A stretch of DNA of 52,461 nucleotides from Deltaproteobacteria bacterium. GTDB lineage: Bacteria > Myxococcota_A > UBA9160 > SMWR01. Shown piece after piece: positions 20,191 to 29,717 of the stretch (position 1 is the stretch's first letter; each line of letters begins with the position of its first letter). Below the pieces are notes generated by a model. It did not search any database. It worked only from the letters and a program-made list of their open reading frames with translations, and had not been told where the DNA came from. The DNA lies in assembly GCA_032128375.1 (NCBI GenBank), contig JAQBGU010000065.1, forward strand, positions 1-52,461. Reading direction: 5' to 3'. The translations under genes were made by a program, and so were the position numbers.

Positions 20191-21078
20191 ATGGCCAATC
20201 GAATTCGGGCAACTCTACGCAGCGCACAACGCGGGTTCGGCCGCGTCTTCGACGCACTCGGAGCGCGCCCGTTCGGCATCGTTGTCTTCGGGCTGAGCGT
20301 CACACTGCTCGTGTACCTGCAGATCGGCATCGCCGGTAGCGTTCGCGCGGACGCGGTCGCGTTGGCATCGCTGATCGATCATCCGGCACGGGTGGCGTCG
20401 TTTGTCACCGACGTCTACGTGCGCGCGGGGGATGCTGTTGCCGTGGGAACACCGCTCGTGGATCTATCGCCCCACTTCATCGACCGCGAGCTCAGCCGGA
20501 TCGACGTCGAAGTTCAAAAGCTGTTGCAGGAATCCAAGCTTGCCCAGGCGCGGTTGTTAGTCGAAGAGCAGCGCTGGCTCGACCCGCAGATGCGGCTGCG
20601 ACCCGATCGGCCGTCGCTCGAGGGGCCCACTGCGGCCCTCTACGCGAAAGAAATCGCAGTGTTGCAGGTGCGACGCACGCAACTGCTCGAAGACCGCGAG
20701 GCACTGACCATCACTGCCAGCTTTTCGGGCCACGTGGTGGTCGTCGTCGAACCGGGTAGTGCGGTCGCAATCGGAAGTTCTGTCGCATCGGTGAGTCCAG
20801 AATTTGCGCACGAGATCGTCGCGTATCTGCCATCCGAGATGGGTCCGGCCACGATCGCGGTTGGAGCCGAGGTGCGCATTGCGCGTCCCGCGCTTGCCTG
20901 CCGGGGGACAGCGGAGGTGTTGCGTCGCGGCGCAACCGTTCTGGAGGCACCCGGTCAGTTGCGCAACCTGTTTCGCTTTCCGGTGCATGGGACTCCGGTA
21001 TATATCTCGATTCCTTCGGATTGCCAGCTCGGTGTCGGCCAGGTTCTCAGTGTCGAATTCGCGCGCGCGGTGATGTAG
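20191..21078 (+). CDS. HlyD-like membrane fusion (periplasmic adaptor) protein
   Basis: N-terminal TM; split lipoyl-like halves (VTDVYVRAGDAVAVGTPLVDL / ITASFSGHV..PGSAVAIG) around a coiled coil; C-terminal beta-barrel. Confidence 0.75.
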   Translation: MANRIRATLRSAQRGFGRVFDALGARPFGIVVFGLSVTLLVYLQIGIAGSVRADAVALASLIDHPARVASFVTDVYVRAGDAVAVGTPLVDLSPHFIDRELSRIDVEVQKLLQESKLAQARLLVEEQRWLDPQMRLRPDRPSLEGPTAALYAKEIAVLQVRRTQLLEDREALTITASFSGHVVVVVEPGSAVAIGSSVASVSPEFAHEIVAYLPSEMGPATIAVGAEVRIARPALACRGTAEVLRRGATVLEAPGQLRNLFRFPVHGTPVYISIPSDCQLGVGQVLSVEFARAVM

Positions 21079-21087
21079 CGCTCGGCG

Positions 21088-22299
21088 TTGGCGATGTACT
21101 GTCGTTCGGTTGGCCGGGTTCTGGTGTGCGTATTTGCGGTCGCCTGCGCGACATCGCCCGCGTTGCCGGTCGACCATGAACGGCGCATCGATCAGGCAGA
21201 GCAAGGGTTCGAGAGCGATCCGACCCTGCAGGCACACCGGGCGGCGGTAGAGGCGGCGCTCGCCAATGAACGGGAGCCGCAGCTGCTCGATGGAGTCGAG
21301 CTTCGCGCTGGAGAAGACTACCGGTCTGGTGAGCACCAGGTTCGCGCGCTGGCTCGGGTGCAGCTGCGAAACCCAATCGAATTGCGGGCCGAGCGTGCGG
21401 TGCGAAACGCCCAGACCGAAATCGAGCTGACCCGTCTCGAGGAAGCTTCTCTCGACCGACGCGTTGCGCTGTGTTTCCTCTCGGTCGAGGCGCTGGTTCA
21501 CGAACAACAGAACGCGATCTTCACCAGCTACGCGGACCGACAAAGGACGCTACTGGATTGGAACGACGATTGGCGCAAATCGGGTGTTGTCGACGAGCTG
21601 AGCGGCACTCGTTTCGAGCTCGACAGTCGAATCAAACTCGCAACCCGGCAACCGACACCGCTCGCCGCGCAGCCCCGCGCCGAGATGGAGTTGCCCGAAA
21701 TCGGAACGTCTGAAGGAGAGCTGGTCCGCAGTGTCGAGCACTTGCGGGCGGCGGTGCGGGAACATCACCCGTCGGTCGAGTTGCGCGCCGCGACGGCGGC
21801 CCGCTATCAGCGGCTGGTGGATCGGGCGCACGCGCGGCGTTTGCCGGGGCTGCGCTTCGTCGACGTGTCATACGAACACCGAACCGACCGTTCGCGCGAC
21901 GGTGTAGGCGGCCAGCTGGCCTTCGATATTCCATTGGGTGGGCGGCAGCGCGCCGAGATCGATCGCTTCGAAGCGCTGGGTCGGCAGCAGCGTTCGGAAG
22001 CGAGCGCACTTGTCGGCGAACAGATTTCACTGAGTCTACAGGCGCTCGACGACGTTCACGATTTCGAATCTCGCGCGGAGCAATGGCGCGAGCTGCAGCT
22101 ACTCGCTGTTCGCGCCGAGCAGCTTGCCGACCGGTGGTGGAAGGGGCGACTCGCCCAGCCCACGCAGGTGTCGGCGCTGCTCGACAACGCGTACGCCGCA
22201 CGGATTGCAGTCCTCGAGGCACGCGAACGCGCCGCCAACGCAGGATGCACGCTACTGGCAATGACCGGAGTCTCCCTGGACGCCTGGCCGCGGCAATAA
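21088..22299 (+). CDS. Divergent TolC-like outer membrane lipoprotein
   Basis: Lipobox FAVAC; two helical repeats with beta hairpins (HHPSV.., GVGGQLAFDIPLGGRQRAEI). Confidence 0.65.
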   Translation: MAMYCRSVGRVLVCVFAVACATSPALPVDHERRIDQAEQGFESDPTLQAHRAAVEAALANEREPQLLDGVELRAGEDYRSGEHQVRALARVQLRNPIELRAERAVRNAQTEIELTRLEEASLDRRVALCFLSVEALVHEQQNAIFTSYADRQRTLLDWNDDWRKSGVVDELSGTRFELDSRIKLATRQPTPLAAQPRAEMELPEIGTSEGELVRSVEHLRAAVREHHPSVELRAATAARYQRLVDRAHARRLPGLRFVDVSYEHRTDRSRDGVGGQLAFDIPLGGRQRAEIDRFEALGRQQRSEASALVGEQISLSLQALDDVHDFESRAEQWRELQLLAVRAEQLADRWWKGRLAQPTQVSALLDNAYAARIAVLEARERAANAGCTLLAMTGVSLDAWPRQ

Positions 22300-22398
22300 T
22301 TGGCGCGAAAGGCGAAGCGCAATCAGTCGATCAGAAAGTCGACCGGGACCTGACGGGGACCGACTTCGGTGGCGGCCTTTGGATTGCCTTTGGACCGC

Positions 22399-24816
22399 CT
22401 ACGGATTGAAGAAGCAGAAGTGCGACGGCTGACCGACAAAACCGAGCGGCGGAGAGTTGATGTTGCTCTGGACGATCGCGCGTTGAGCGTCCACAAAAGT
22501 TCGAATCTCGTTCAACGGCGTCGTGATGTTCCCGGTAATCGGCGCAATCAACGCCTGCATGCGGTTGATCTCCGCGTGGAGCAGCGTCTCATCGAAGACG
22601 TTGTCGAGCTGGTTCTGGAACTCCGCGAGATACAGCGCTTTCGTGCTTGCAATCTCGTAGAGACGTCGCGCCAAGGCAGCCCGCGGCACGATCGGGTCCG
22701 CGTGCGTGGCATTGCCGGTGCGTAGGGGATTACCTCGCCCGAATGTGTCGTCGGTGCCCCAGGGAATGAACCGGATCAGCCCGTCGGCGGGATCGACGTA
22801 GAACCAGAAATTGTTCTGGTCGTCTGCGTAACCGTCCCAGTGGCCGATCAACCCCTCTGCGACCCAGAACCTCAGGAAGTCCGGTACATCGACGACGGCA
22901 GAGATCGCGGCCAACCGCTGCGCATCGCTCAAAACCGGGTTCTCGAGTGCCGCCGTCAGCGCGTCGATCTCGGTCGTGTCGGCGGCTGCGCTCAGGGTCT
23001 TGGGCTCGACGGTGTTGCGGAACGACCCGGGCCAAAAGTCTGTCAGCGTGCCCTCGTAGAGCCGGCCCTGGTCGCTATCGCTGCCGAAATTCTTGCGCAA
23101 GAACGGATCCTTGATGCTGTCCACATGGCTGTAGATGTCGTCGACGACGGTCGTCTCGACCATGCCGTTTTGCGTGATTACCGTCACGTGTGCGAAGTTG
23201 CAGCGCGGAGCGGGAACTCCCGCCTGGCGCATCAGGTCGTATCCCAGACACTGAGACACGTAAGCCGCATCTTGCAGGTTGTTGTTCAACGTCAGCCGAT
23301 CCATGCTGTTGAGCTGCTGGCCGCTGCTGGCTACCTGGCCGATGATTTCGTCGAACTTTACCTTGAACGACGGTTTGGTTTCCGACAACGACCCGAAGAA
23401 GCCCTTCTTGCGAATTCCGACATTCGACAGTGTCTGTCCGTCGACGGTAACCTCGCTGTTGAAGAAGGTGTAGGGCGGGGTGAGGCTACTGAATGGCGCC
23501 GTGCCGCAGAGCGGCGAGACGATCAGTCCGGACGGCGGGAGCAGGTCGATCGCTTCGACGCGCAGCAGGTTCCAGTCGCTTTCCTGCAATTTGATGGTGA
23601 TCTCGAGCACGCGGTCGGGGTCGAACATGAAGTCCGACTGGTCGGTGTGCAGCGCCGCCAGCTGGCAGGTCGGCGCGAGGCCCGGGCTCGACGACGGGTT
23701 CCCGACGGTGCGGTCGATCACGACCAGATCGGCCAGTGTGCACTGCCCGTCCGAGTGGACGCTGCAGCGTTCGGGCGCGGTCAGAGCGGTGCGCGTTCCG
23801 ATCTGGAGCTCGCGCAACTCCAGAATGTCGGCCGCGGTCACATCGTCGTCGCCGGTCGGGTCGCCACACTGGCAACCGTCGCCCATGCCATCTGCGCCGG
23901 CGGGCCCGCCAGTGTCTGCCTGCGACAGGTTCTGGATCCCCGGGCAATTGTCGTCGCAGCCAGCCGTCGCGCCGCCGACACAGGGTGAGTCGCCAGCGGT
24001 GCCGGACGCGTCCCCGTCGTCGGGGATCTGGTCGCCGTCGCGGTCGGGGTACGGTTCGAGGTTGCGCAGGGTGTCGAAGTTCTGAGAGGCGAAGCCGCTG
24101 TTCCATTGGTTCGGCGCGCCGAATGTGCTGAGCACGCCGTCCTCGTAGTCGTTGAGCGTCTTGATGCATGGGTCGACGAGTGCGCTTGGCGCTTCTTCGA
24201 GCCGGAAAGTCTCGCCGGCGTTCAAGTCGTCTTGCGGCGGGAAACAGCCTGCGATCGGATCCTCGGGTACATGTTCGCCGATCGGTCCAAAAACGACGTT
24301 CCCGCCGTCGTCGAGGATCAATAGCTTCCAATCGGATTCATTGACTGGGAAGTTGTCCGCTGTAATGAAAGTGCCCGGGCCGGCGTTGTGGGCCTGCACG
24401 TTCATCCACCAGTCACCACTGCCGGGATCGAATGAAAGATCGGTAGGCTCGTCCTCAGCAACCGTGATGATGGTGCCAGCGCGCAGATCGCTCCACACGA
24501 CGTTGTTGGCGAATGTCAGCGGGCTGCCTCCGCAGACGCCGGCGTCGCAAATGTCGAGCGTCCAGTTCCGGATGTCGAGATGGTCCGCAACCACGACGAG
24601 TTCGATCCAGTCGCCGCCGTTTCCAGCGACGCGCCCGAAGTAGGTGTCTGCGGGCGGGTTTGTCGAGTTGCCGTCGCCGTCGGTAGCTGCGGTGCCGAAA
24701 TTCAGGAAGTTAGTTGCGCTGACCGCGTTGAACTCGTTGACGATCAGCGGCGCCGCCTGCAGCGGTGCTACGAGTAGGACGGACGTCAGCAGGGCGAACG
24801 CAGATCTGCGAGTCAT
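22399..24816 (-). CDS. Secreted CotH kinase-family protein with lamin-tail-like, TSP3-like and dockerin-like domains
   Basis: Signal peptide; IVNEF..GDWIEL (LTD-like); DRDGDQIPD/DNCP (TSP3); GDPTGDDDVTAAD; CotH motifs GIRKKG, KPSFKVKFD, LTLNN, GVPAPRC, HWDGY..NNFWFY, IPWGTDDTFG. Confidence 0.85.
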   Translation of the reverse strand: MTRRSAFALLTSVLLVAPLQAAPLIVNEFNAVSATNFLNFGTAATDGDGNSTNPPADTYFGRVAGNGGDWIELVVVADHLDIRNWTLDICDAGVCGGSPLTFANNVVWSDLRAGTIITVAEDEPTDLSFDPGSGDWWMNVQAHNAGPGTFITADNFPVNESDWKLLILDDGGNVVFGPIGEHVPEDPIAGCFPPQDDLNAGETFRLEEAPSALVDPCIKTLNDYEDGVLSTFGAPNQWNSGFASQNFDTLRNLEPYPDRDGDQIPDDGDASGTAGDSPCVGGATAGCDDNCPGIQNLSQADTGGPAGADGMGDGCQCGDPTGDDDVTAADILELRELQIGTRTALTAPERCSVHSDGQCTLADLVVIDRTVGNPSSSPGLAPTCQLAALHTDQSDFMFDPDRVLEITIKLQESDWNLLRVEAIDLLPPSGLIVSPLCGTAPFSSLTPPYTFFNSEVTVDGQTLSNVGIRKKGFFGSLSETKPSFKVKFDEIIGQVASSGQQLNSMDRLTLNNNLQDAAYVSQCLGYDLMRQAGVPAPRCNFAHVTVITQNGMVETTVVDDIYSHVDSIKDPFLRKNFGSDSDQGRLYEGTLTDFWPGSFRNTVEPKTLSAAADTTEIDALTAALENPVLSDAQRLAAISAVVDVPDFLRFWVAEGLIGHWDGYADDQNNFWFYVDPADGLIRFIPWGTDDTFGRGNPLRTGNATHADPIVPRAALARRLYEIASTKALYLAEFQNQLDNVFDETLLHAEINRMQALIAPITGNITTPLNEIRTFVDAQRAIVQSNINSPPLGFVGQPSHFCFFNP

Positions 24817-24821
24817 CGAGA

Positions 24822-25406
24822 TCACGAGCCTGCCCTCCTGGAAGCCATGCATCGCAGCAACAAGACGCCTGCTGCGAGCTGCAGCAGTATTGCGGGCTCC
24901 GGCACGGCGACGACTTCACCACTCTGCAGGCTTTCGCTAGACAGATCGGCCCCAACGACTTCGCCGAGTGTGAGTTCGAGCGACCCGCCTGCTACGGCGT
25001 TCACCGTCAACTCGCCAATGCGTTTGGGACCCGGCGTAGGCGCCAGCGTGTCCAATCCGTTGACGCGAAACTCCAGGGCGTTGATGTCGTGCAACAGATT
25101 CGCGCCGCCGTCCGGCGTGAATCCCACCAGAGTCAGACCCGTCAATCCGGTCAATGTCAACGTGTAGCCGCAGACTTCGCTGCCGGTTCCTGCGTCACAG
25201 GCGGTGTCGACCGCGGACGCTGATGCGCCGCCGTCGATGTACAGGAACACCGACTGGACGCCTCCAGTCGCTACAGTCGCAGTGCCGACCGCAGCCAGAC
25301 CGTCGTCGTTGGGGCTGTGGAAGACCTGCGTAGCCGCAGCGGGTGCACCCCAGCACAGCGCGGCAACGAGCGAACCGGCTAGCGAAAAGCCGAGTCGGGA
25401 ACGCAT
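24822..25406 (-). CDS. PEP-CTERM surface protein with a single beta-sandwich (cohesin-like) domain
   Basis: Signal peptide; C-terminal VPEP + hydrophobic helix + RR; alternating beta-strand pattern. Confidence 0.75.
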   Translation of the reverse strand: MRSRLGFSLAGSLVAALCWGAPAAATQVFHSPNDDGLAAVGTATVATGGVQSVFLYIDGGASASAVDTACDAGTGSEVCGYTLTLTGLTGLTLVGFTPDGGANLLHDINALEFRVNGLDTLAPTPGPKRIGELTVNAVAGGSLELTLGEVVGADLSSESLQSGEVVAVPEPAILLQLAAGVLLLRCMASRRAGS

Positions 25407-25606
25407 CCGAATGCGGCGAGCGAAAGCGAAATAGTGCATGACCGACGACTCCCAGCGAAATTCAAGCATCGCAGCGAATTCAAGCACACAACGCGCGTAG
25501 GAAATACGGCCCTCATGGTACGATTGTGTGGCCAAAAGAGGCAACAACTTTGCGAAGTTGCGTGTTTCCGTCGCATGCGAGAAGAAATCGCGGCGCCGGC
25601 CGACGC

Positions 25607-26245
25607 CTAGCCTCGAGCGGGCTGCGTCACCCCGCTGCGGTCATCGTCCATCGCGAGAAGAAGCCTCAGGACCGAAGCGACGCTGACCTGGCTGGCGCGC
25701 TCTCGGCTCAGGTGCTGGTCATTACGCAACCGATCCCAGGCTTCGAACGACGTGAGACAGTCCAGCGCTTCGAGTGTGAGGTCCGCGGCACCGGCGAGTT
25801 CCGGACCCAATGCGTTGACCAGGTGTTCGCGCAACGTTCGATTCATCGCCGCGTGTTTGCGCTGAAGGAACTGGGAGTGAACGCGTTGGAGTGCGCCGGA
25901 ATGCTTGAACGGGGATATGCGCTCATACAGCTCGGCTCTCCGGTCGACCAGTGCGCACACGCGCGCCTCGCGGTTTCCGACGGCGGCGGGCTGCTCGAGG
26001 AGCGGTCGCATCTCGCCGTCCAAGCGACCCGAAAGCTCGGCGAACAGAGTCTCCATGTCCGCGAAGTGCCGAAACACGGTCCTTTCTCCGACCCCCGCCC
26101 GCTGGGCTACCTGCTCAGCGGTCGGAATCAACTCGCCGGATTCGATGAGCTCGAACAACGCATCGGTGATGCGATCCCGGTTCCGGGTGCCCCGCAGAAC
26201 GCGGCCATCCTCTGCCGCACCGGCGTGAGACTTGGCTTCGGTCAT
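25607..26245 (-). CDS. TetR/AcrR family transcriptional regulator
   Basis: DGRVLRG.RNRDRI; PTAEQVAQRAGVGERTVFRHF HTH; RBS AAGGAG. Confidence 0.9.
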   Translation of the reverse strand: MTEAKSHAGAAEDGRVLRGTRNRDRITDALFELIESGELIPTAEQVAQRAGVGERTVFRHFADMETLFAELSGRLDGEMRPLLEQPAAVGNREARVCALVDRRAELYERISPFKHSGALQRVHSQFLQRKHAAMNRTLREHLVNALGPELAGAADLTLEALDCLTSFEAWDRLRNDQHLSRERASQVSVASVLRLLLAMDDDRSGVTQPARG

Positions 26246-26442
26246 CGCATGCTCCTTGGCACCATGAGGCGCCGAGGCGCCGAAAATGAGACGCTGAATA
26301 TGCCATAGTGGCAGGTATTCTGTCGGTAGAAATGCCGAAACCCACGCACGCGTGGGGGCCGGCTGCACAAACGAGATGGCCGTATGGGCGCTGTACTGGT
26401 GGTGTCAGTCGGAGTGAATAACGTGGGTCTTGGAGGTTGCAG

Positions 26443-27465
26443 ATGCATTCGGTTCTACGCCGCGTGTGCATGCTGATCTTGGCTGGCTGGCTGGCCGCGT
26501 CATCTGCGGACGCGTCGCGCGGCGATTTCTCGGCGTGGCTCGACGCGCTCCGCGCAGAAGCGCGCCAGAGCGGGATTTCTGAGGCGACGATCACGGCTTC
26601 ACTCGGCGGCGTCGAACCGGTGGCTCGCGTCCTCGAGCTCGACCGAAGCCAGCCCCGCGCCGCAGCGAAATTTTGCGAGTATTTTGGCAAGCGGTTGACT
26701 AACACCCGAATCGAGCGCGGTCGCCGAATGCTGGAAGAGCATCGAGCCGTGTTGCAGACTGTCAGCCAGCAATACGGTGTCGCGCCTCGCTTCTTGATCG
26801 CTCTGTGGGCTCTCGAATCCAATTTCGGCGATTACACCGGCGAATATCGGGTGATCGATGCGCTTGCCACACTCGCCTTCGACGAACGCCGTGGCCCGAT
26901 GTTTCGTCGGCAACTTTTGGCAGCGCTGCGGATCGTCGACCAGGGGCATCAACATCCGGCGCGAATGACAGGCTCATGGGCTGGGGCGATGGGCCAGGTG
27001 CAATTCATGCCCACCACGTTCTTGGATTACGCGGTCGACCACGACGGAGACGGCCGAAGGGATGTATGGGAGAGTCTTCCGGATGCGTTCGCGAGCGCCG
27101 CCCACTACCTGCGGCGGTCGGGTTGGAACACTGACCAGACCTGGGGCCGCGAGGTGAAGTTGCCGGCCACGCTGGCCCGCGACAAGGCCGCACTCGCGCA
27201 GCGCAAGACGCTGGCAGATTGGCAGCGCGCAGGGGTTCGCCAGCGCAATGGCATGGACCTCCCGCAAGCCAACCTGCAGGGCTCCATCGTGTTGCCCTCC
27301 GGCAACCCGGCACAGGCGTATCTCGTCTATCACAATTTCAACGTGCTGCTGCGCTGGAACAACTCGAGTTTCTTCGGAATTTCCGTCGGGTCGCTGGCGG
27401 ATGAACTGTCGCAAACCGCATCGGCTCAGGTGTGTCGAACCGAACGGTCCGAAGTCAGCAGGTGA
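26443..27465 (+). CDS. Lytic murein transglycosylase (MltB/SLT_2 family)
   Basis: ALWALESNFG, GSWAGAMGQVQFMPTT, DHDGDGRRD EF-hand, WNNS. Confidence 0.92.
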   Translation: MHSVLRRVCMLILAGWLAASSADASRGDFSAWLDALRAEARQSGISEATITASLGGVEPVARVLELDRSQPRAAAKFCEYFGKRLTNTRIERGRRMLEEHRAVLQTVSQQYGVAPRFLIALWALESNFGDYTGEYRVIDALATLAFDERRGPMFRRQLLAALRIVDQGHQHPARMTGSWAGAMGQVQFMPTTFLDYAVDHDGDGRRDVWESLPDAFASAAHYLRRSGWNTDQTWGREVKLPATLARDKAALAQRKTLADWQRAGVRQRNGMDLPQANLQGSIVLPSGNPAQAYLVYHNFNVLLRWNNSSFFGISVGSLADELSQTASAQVCRTERSEVSR

Positions 27466-27655
27466 GCATGGACGTTGGCGGCAATGCTGTTTTCGGAGTC
27501 GAGCTCCACACCTCACCACTCTGATGCGCGCGAAGGTGTAACCGGATTCCGCATGTTGCTGTAGGCACCGTTCGACGACGGCGTTCGCGTCGTGATCTTT
27601 ACGGCCGCAAGTCGCGATGTAAGCGCACTCCACGTTTCAATGCGGAGTTCTAACC

Positions 27656-28072
27656 CTAAGGGCAGCGCTTCAGAATTACGACGGGAATTTCGCGTTGCGT
27701 CTTCTTTTCGTAGGTGACGTACGCCGAATTGAGTTCCTTGAGCCGTGGCCACAGGCGTGCGCGCTGCCCGGGGTCGGCCAGAACCCCGACAACCGGCCAA
27801 CTGTCCCGTCCGAGCGTCACGCGCGCGTCGGGGTGTGCGACGAGGTTCAACCACCACGCGGGGTCCGTGTCCTGGCCATTATTCGACGCGACCACGACTC
27901 GATCTTCGCCGTCGGGAAAACACGCCAGCGGAATCGTGCGCGGTTCGCCGGTCTTCCGCCCGGTTACGGTCAGCAGCAACATGTCGAGACCCGCCAGTCT
28001 GGACCCGACCCGACCATCGCTGAAGCGATAGATGGCCCGATGCATTCGGCCAACGAAAGACCAGTTAGCCAT
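27656..28072 (-). CDS. Deazaflavin (F420H2)-dependent nitroreductase/quinone reductase family protein
   Basis: LLLTVTGRKTGEPRT, VVASNNG..PAWWLNL, YEKKTQREIPVV. Confidence 0.9.
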   Translation of the reverse strand: MANWSFVGRMHRAIYRFSDGRVGSRLAGLDMLLLTVTGRKTGEPRTIPLACFPDGEDRVVVASNNGQDTDPAWWLNLVAHPDARVTLGRDSWPVVGVLADPGQRARLWPRLKELNSAYVTYEKKTQREIPVVILKRCP

Positions 28073-28151
28073 GGGCGATTTTCCGCGTCTGTTCGTCCAT
28101 CTGTCTTTTCCTCTCTTTCGCCGCGCCGCTTCGACGGGGTACCGGGTCCTG

Positions 28152-28205
28152 ATTCTATCGGCCCATTCTATCGGACCATTCTATCGGACCATTCTATCGG
28201 CCCAT
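28152..28205. repeat. 13-bp tandem repeat x4 (attctatcggmcc)
   Basis: Units start at 28152, 28165, 28178 and 28191. Confidence 0.95.
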
Positions 28206-28238
28206 GAAGCGGGCGTCGCGCTCGTCTAGACTGCGGCC

Positions 28239-28877
28239 ATGTCATCGTTCGGCGTCGCTCAGACCGCAGCCCCGAGGGCGCGCCCCGGACTACAGGGCCC
28301 GCGCATCGTGTATCTGTCGATCGTGGGGTTCGGGTTGATGTGCGGGCTGGGTTTTGGGGCGAACGGGTCCATCGAGGACGCCATCCGGCTCGCGATCCGC
28401 GAAACCGCGCGCACGACGCTGCTAATTTTCGTGGTGATCTTCTGCACTTCGGCGATGCGTCGCCGTTGGCGGACGCCGGCGACGAAATACCTGATCGGGA
28501 ACCGGCGCTACCTCGGACTCTCGGCGGCCGTCTCTCACGCTTATCACCTGGTCTTCATCCTGACGTTGTACGGGTTGGGGCTCGGCGGTGATACACCGAT
28601 CTTGACGGTGATTGGCGGCGGCTGGGGATTCGTCATGCTCGCTGCCATGGCCGCTACGTCGAACGATGCCTCTCAACGAGCGCTGCGAAAGAACTGGCGA
28701 CGCGTGCACCTGCTCGGCCTGTGGACGGTCTGGATCATCTACGCGGTATCGTATTTCCCCAAAGCCCACGCTACGCCAATGGCTTTTGCTGGCAGCGTTG
28801 CCTTGGTGGTGTCGCTTGCACTGCGGGTGTGGCCGAAATCCAGGGCAAATTCTTCCGCGTCGTCGCCTGCGCGCTAG
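28239..28877 (+). CDS. Ferric-reductase-like (MsrQ-like) heme b membrane protein
   Basis: About 6 TM; NRRYLGL, SHAYH, ATSND, WRRVH motifs. Confidence 0.75.
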   Translation: MSSFGVAQTAAPRARPGLQGPRIVYLSIVGFGLMCGLGFGANGSIEDAIRLAIRETARTTLLIFVVIFCTSAMRRRWRTPATKYLIGNRRYLGLSAAVSHAYHLVFILTLYGLGLGGDTPILTVIGGGWGFVMLAAMAATSNDASQRALRKNWRRVHLLGLWTVWIIYAVSYFPKAHATPMAFAGSVALVVSLALRVWPKSRANSSASSPAR

Positions 28878-28902
28878 CGCTGGCGCTCTACCGCGCAGAC
28901 TC

Positions 28903-29310
28903 CTAGCACTCGCTCTTGATCGAGTCGGGGTTGAGGGTTTCCAGATGCTTCAGAAAGTCCCGGAAGCTCTTGTTCCACAACGTCTCCTGTGGGCAGAACA
29001 GGACCGTGACCAGTCCCCCGGCTTCGAATCTCACACGCCAGAGGTACTGATTGTTCACCCGTGTGTCGGTTCGACTGATCGATTGGATGGGGTCCGGTAG
29101 CTTTCGGATCGGGTTTGAACATGAAGAGTCTGTTCGTCGTACTCCAAGCTCGCGATATCGCCCATGCGCGAGGAAATAGAACAGGCCGCTGAGCGGGAGG
29201 CTGATGACCAGAAAAATCCCGCCGACCTCGGGCTCGGGGATCGCGAACAGCGCGATCGTACTTCCGATCAGAAGTGGGATTGGAACAAACTTGAATAACG
29301 TTGTTCAATC
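28903..29310 (-). pseudogene. Frameshifted small membrane protein relic
   Basis: Protein-like segments in successive different frames: 2 TM, then MGDIASLEYDEQTLHV, then IQSISRTDTRVNNQYLWRVRF...SEC*. Confidence 0.45.
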
Positions 29311-29338
29311 CTTGCGCCACGACTCGTCTCCGATTGCG

Positions 29339-29710
29339 TCAGATCCCGTCGCCTATCCAGACCCTTGAATCGGGTAGAGACCCCAGCTCTCCTGCGAGTA
29401 CCCCCTCCAGTCCGCCGCAGACGATCTCGCAGAGCCGGACGATCGTTGGGTCGTTGATGCTGTAGATGGCCCGGTTGCCTTCGGCCCGGCGCTCCACGAC
29501 GGCCTCGCGTCGCAGGACCGATAGGTGGCGCGAGACGTTTGATTGCTCCAATCCGGTGGCTTCGACGAGCTCCTGAACCGAACTCTCCGCCTGCATCAGG
29601 GTGTTGAGGATCCGCAGGCGCGTGGGGTCGCTGAGTGCCCGAAACCGCCTCGCGACGAGTCGAAGGGCTCTATCGGTCAGAACAGGATACTTGCCTATTT
29701 TCCGGGCCAC
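29339..29710 (-). CDS. ArsR/SmtB family transcriptional regulator
   Basis: FRALSDPTRLRIL, SVQELVEATGLEQSNVSRHL, C-terminal LCEIVC. Confidence 0.92.
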   Translation of the reverse strand: MARKIGKYPVLTDRALRLVARRFRALSDPTRLRILNTLMQAESSVQELVEATGLEQSNVSRHLSVLRREAVVERRAEGNRAIYSINDPTIVRLCEIVCGGLEGVLAGELGSLPDSRVWIGDGI

Positions 29711-29717
29711 GAACGAG

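Noticed and set aside
22300..22409. Peptide VDRDLTGTDFGGGLWIAFGPPTD resembling a beta-barrel C-terminus
   Set aside because: Too short, no start codon; cannot be distinguished from chance without a search.
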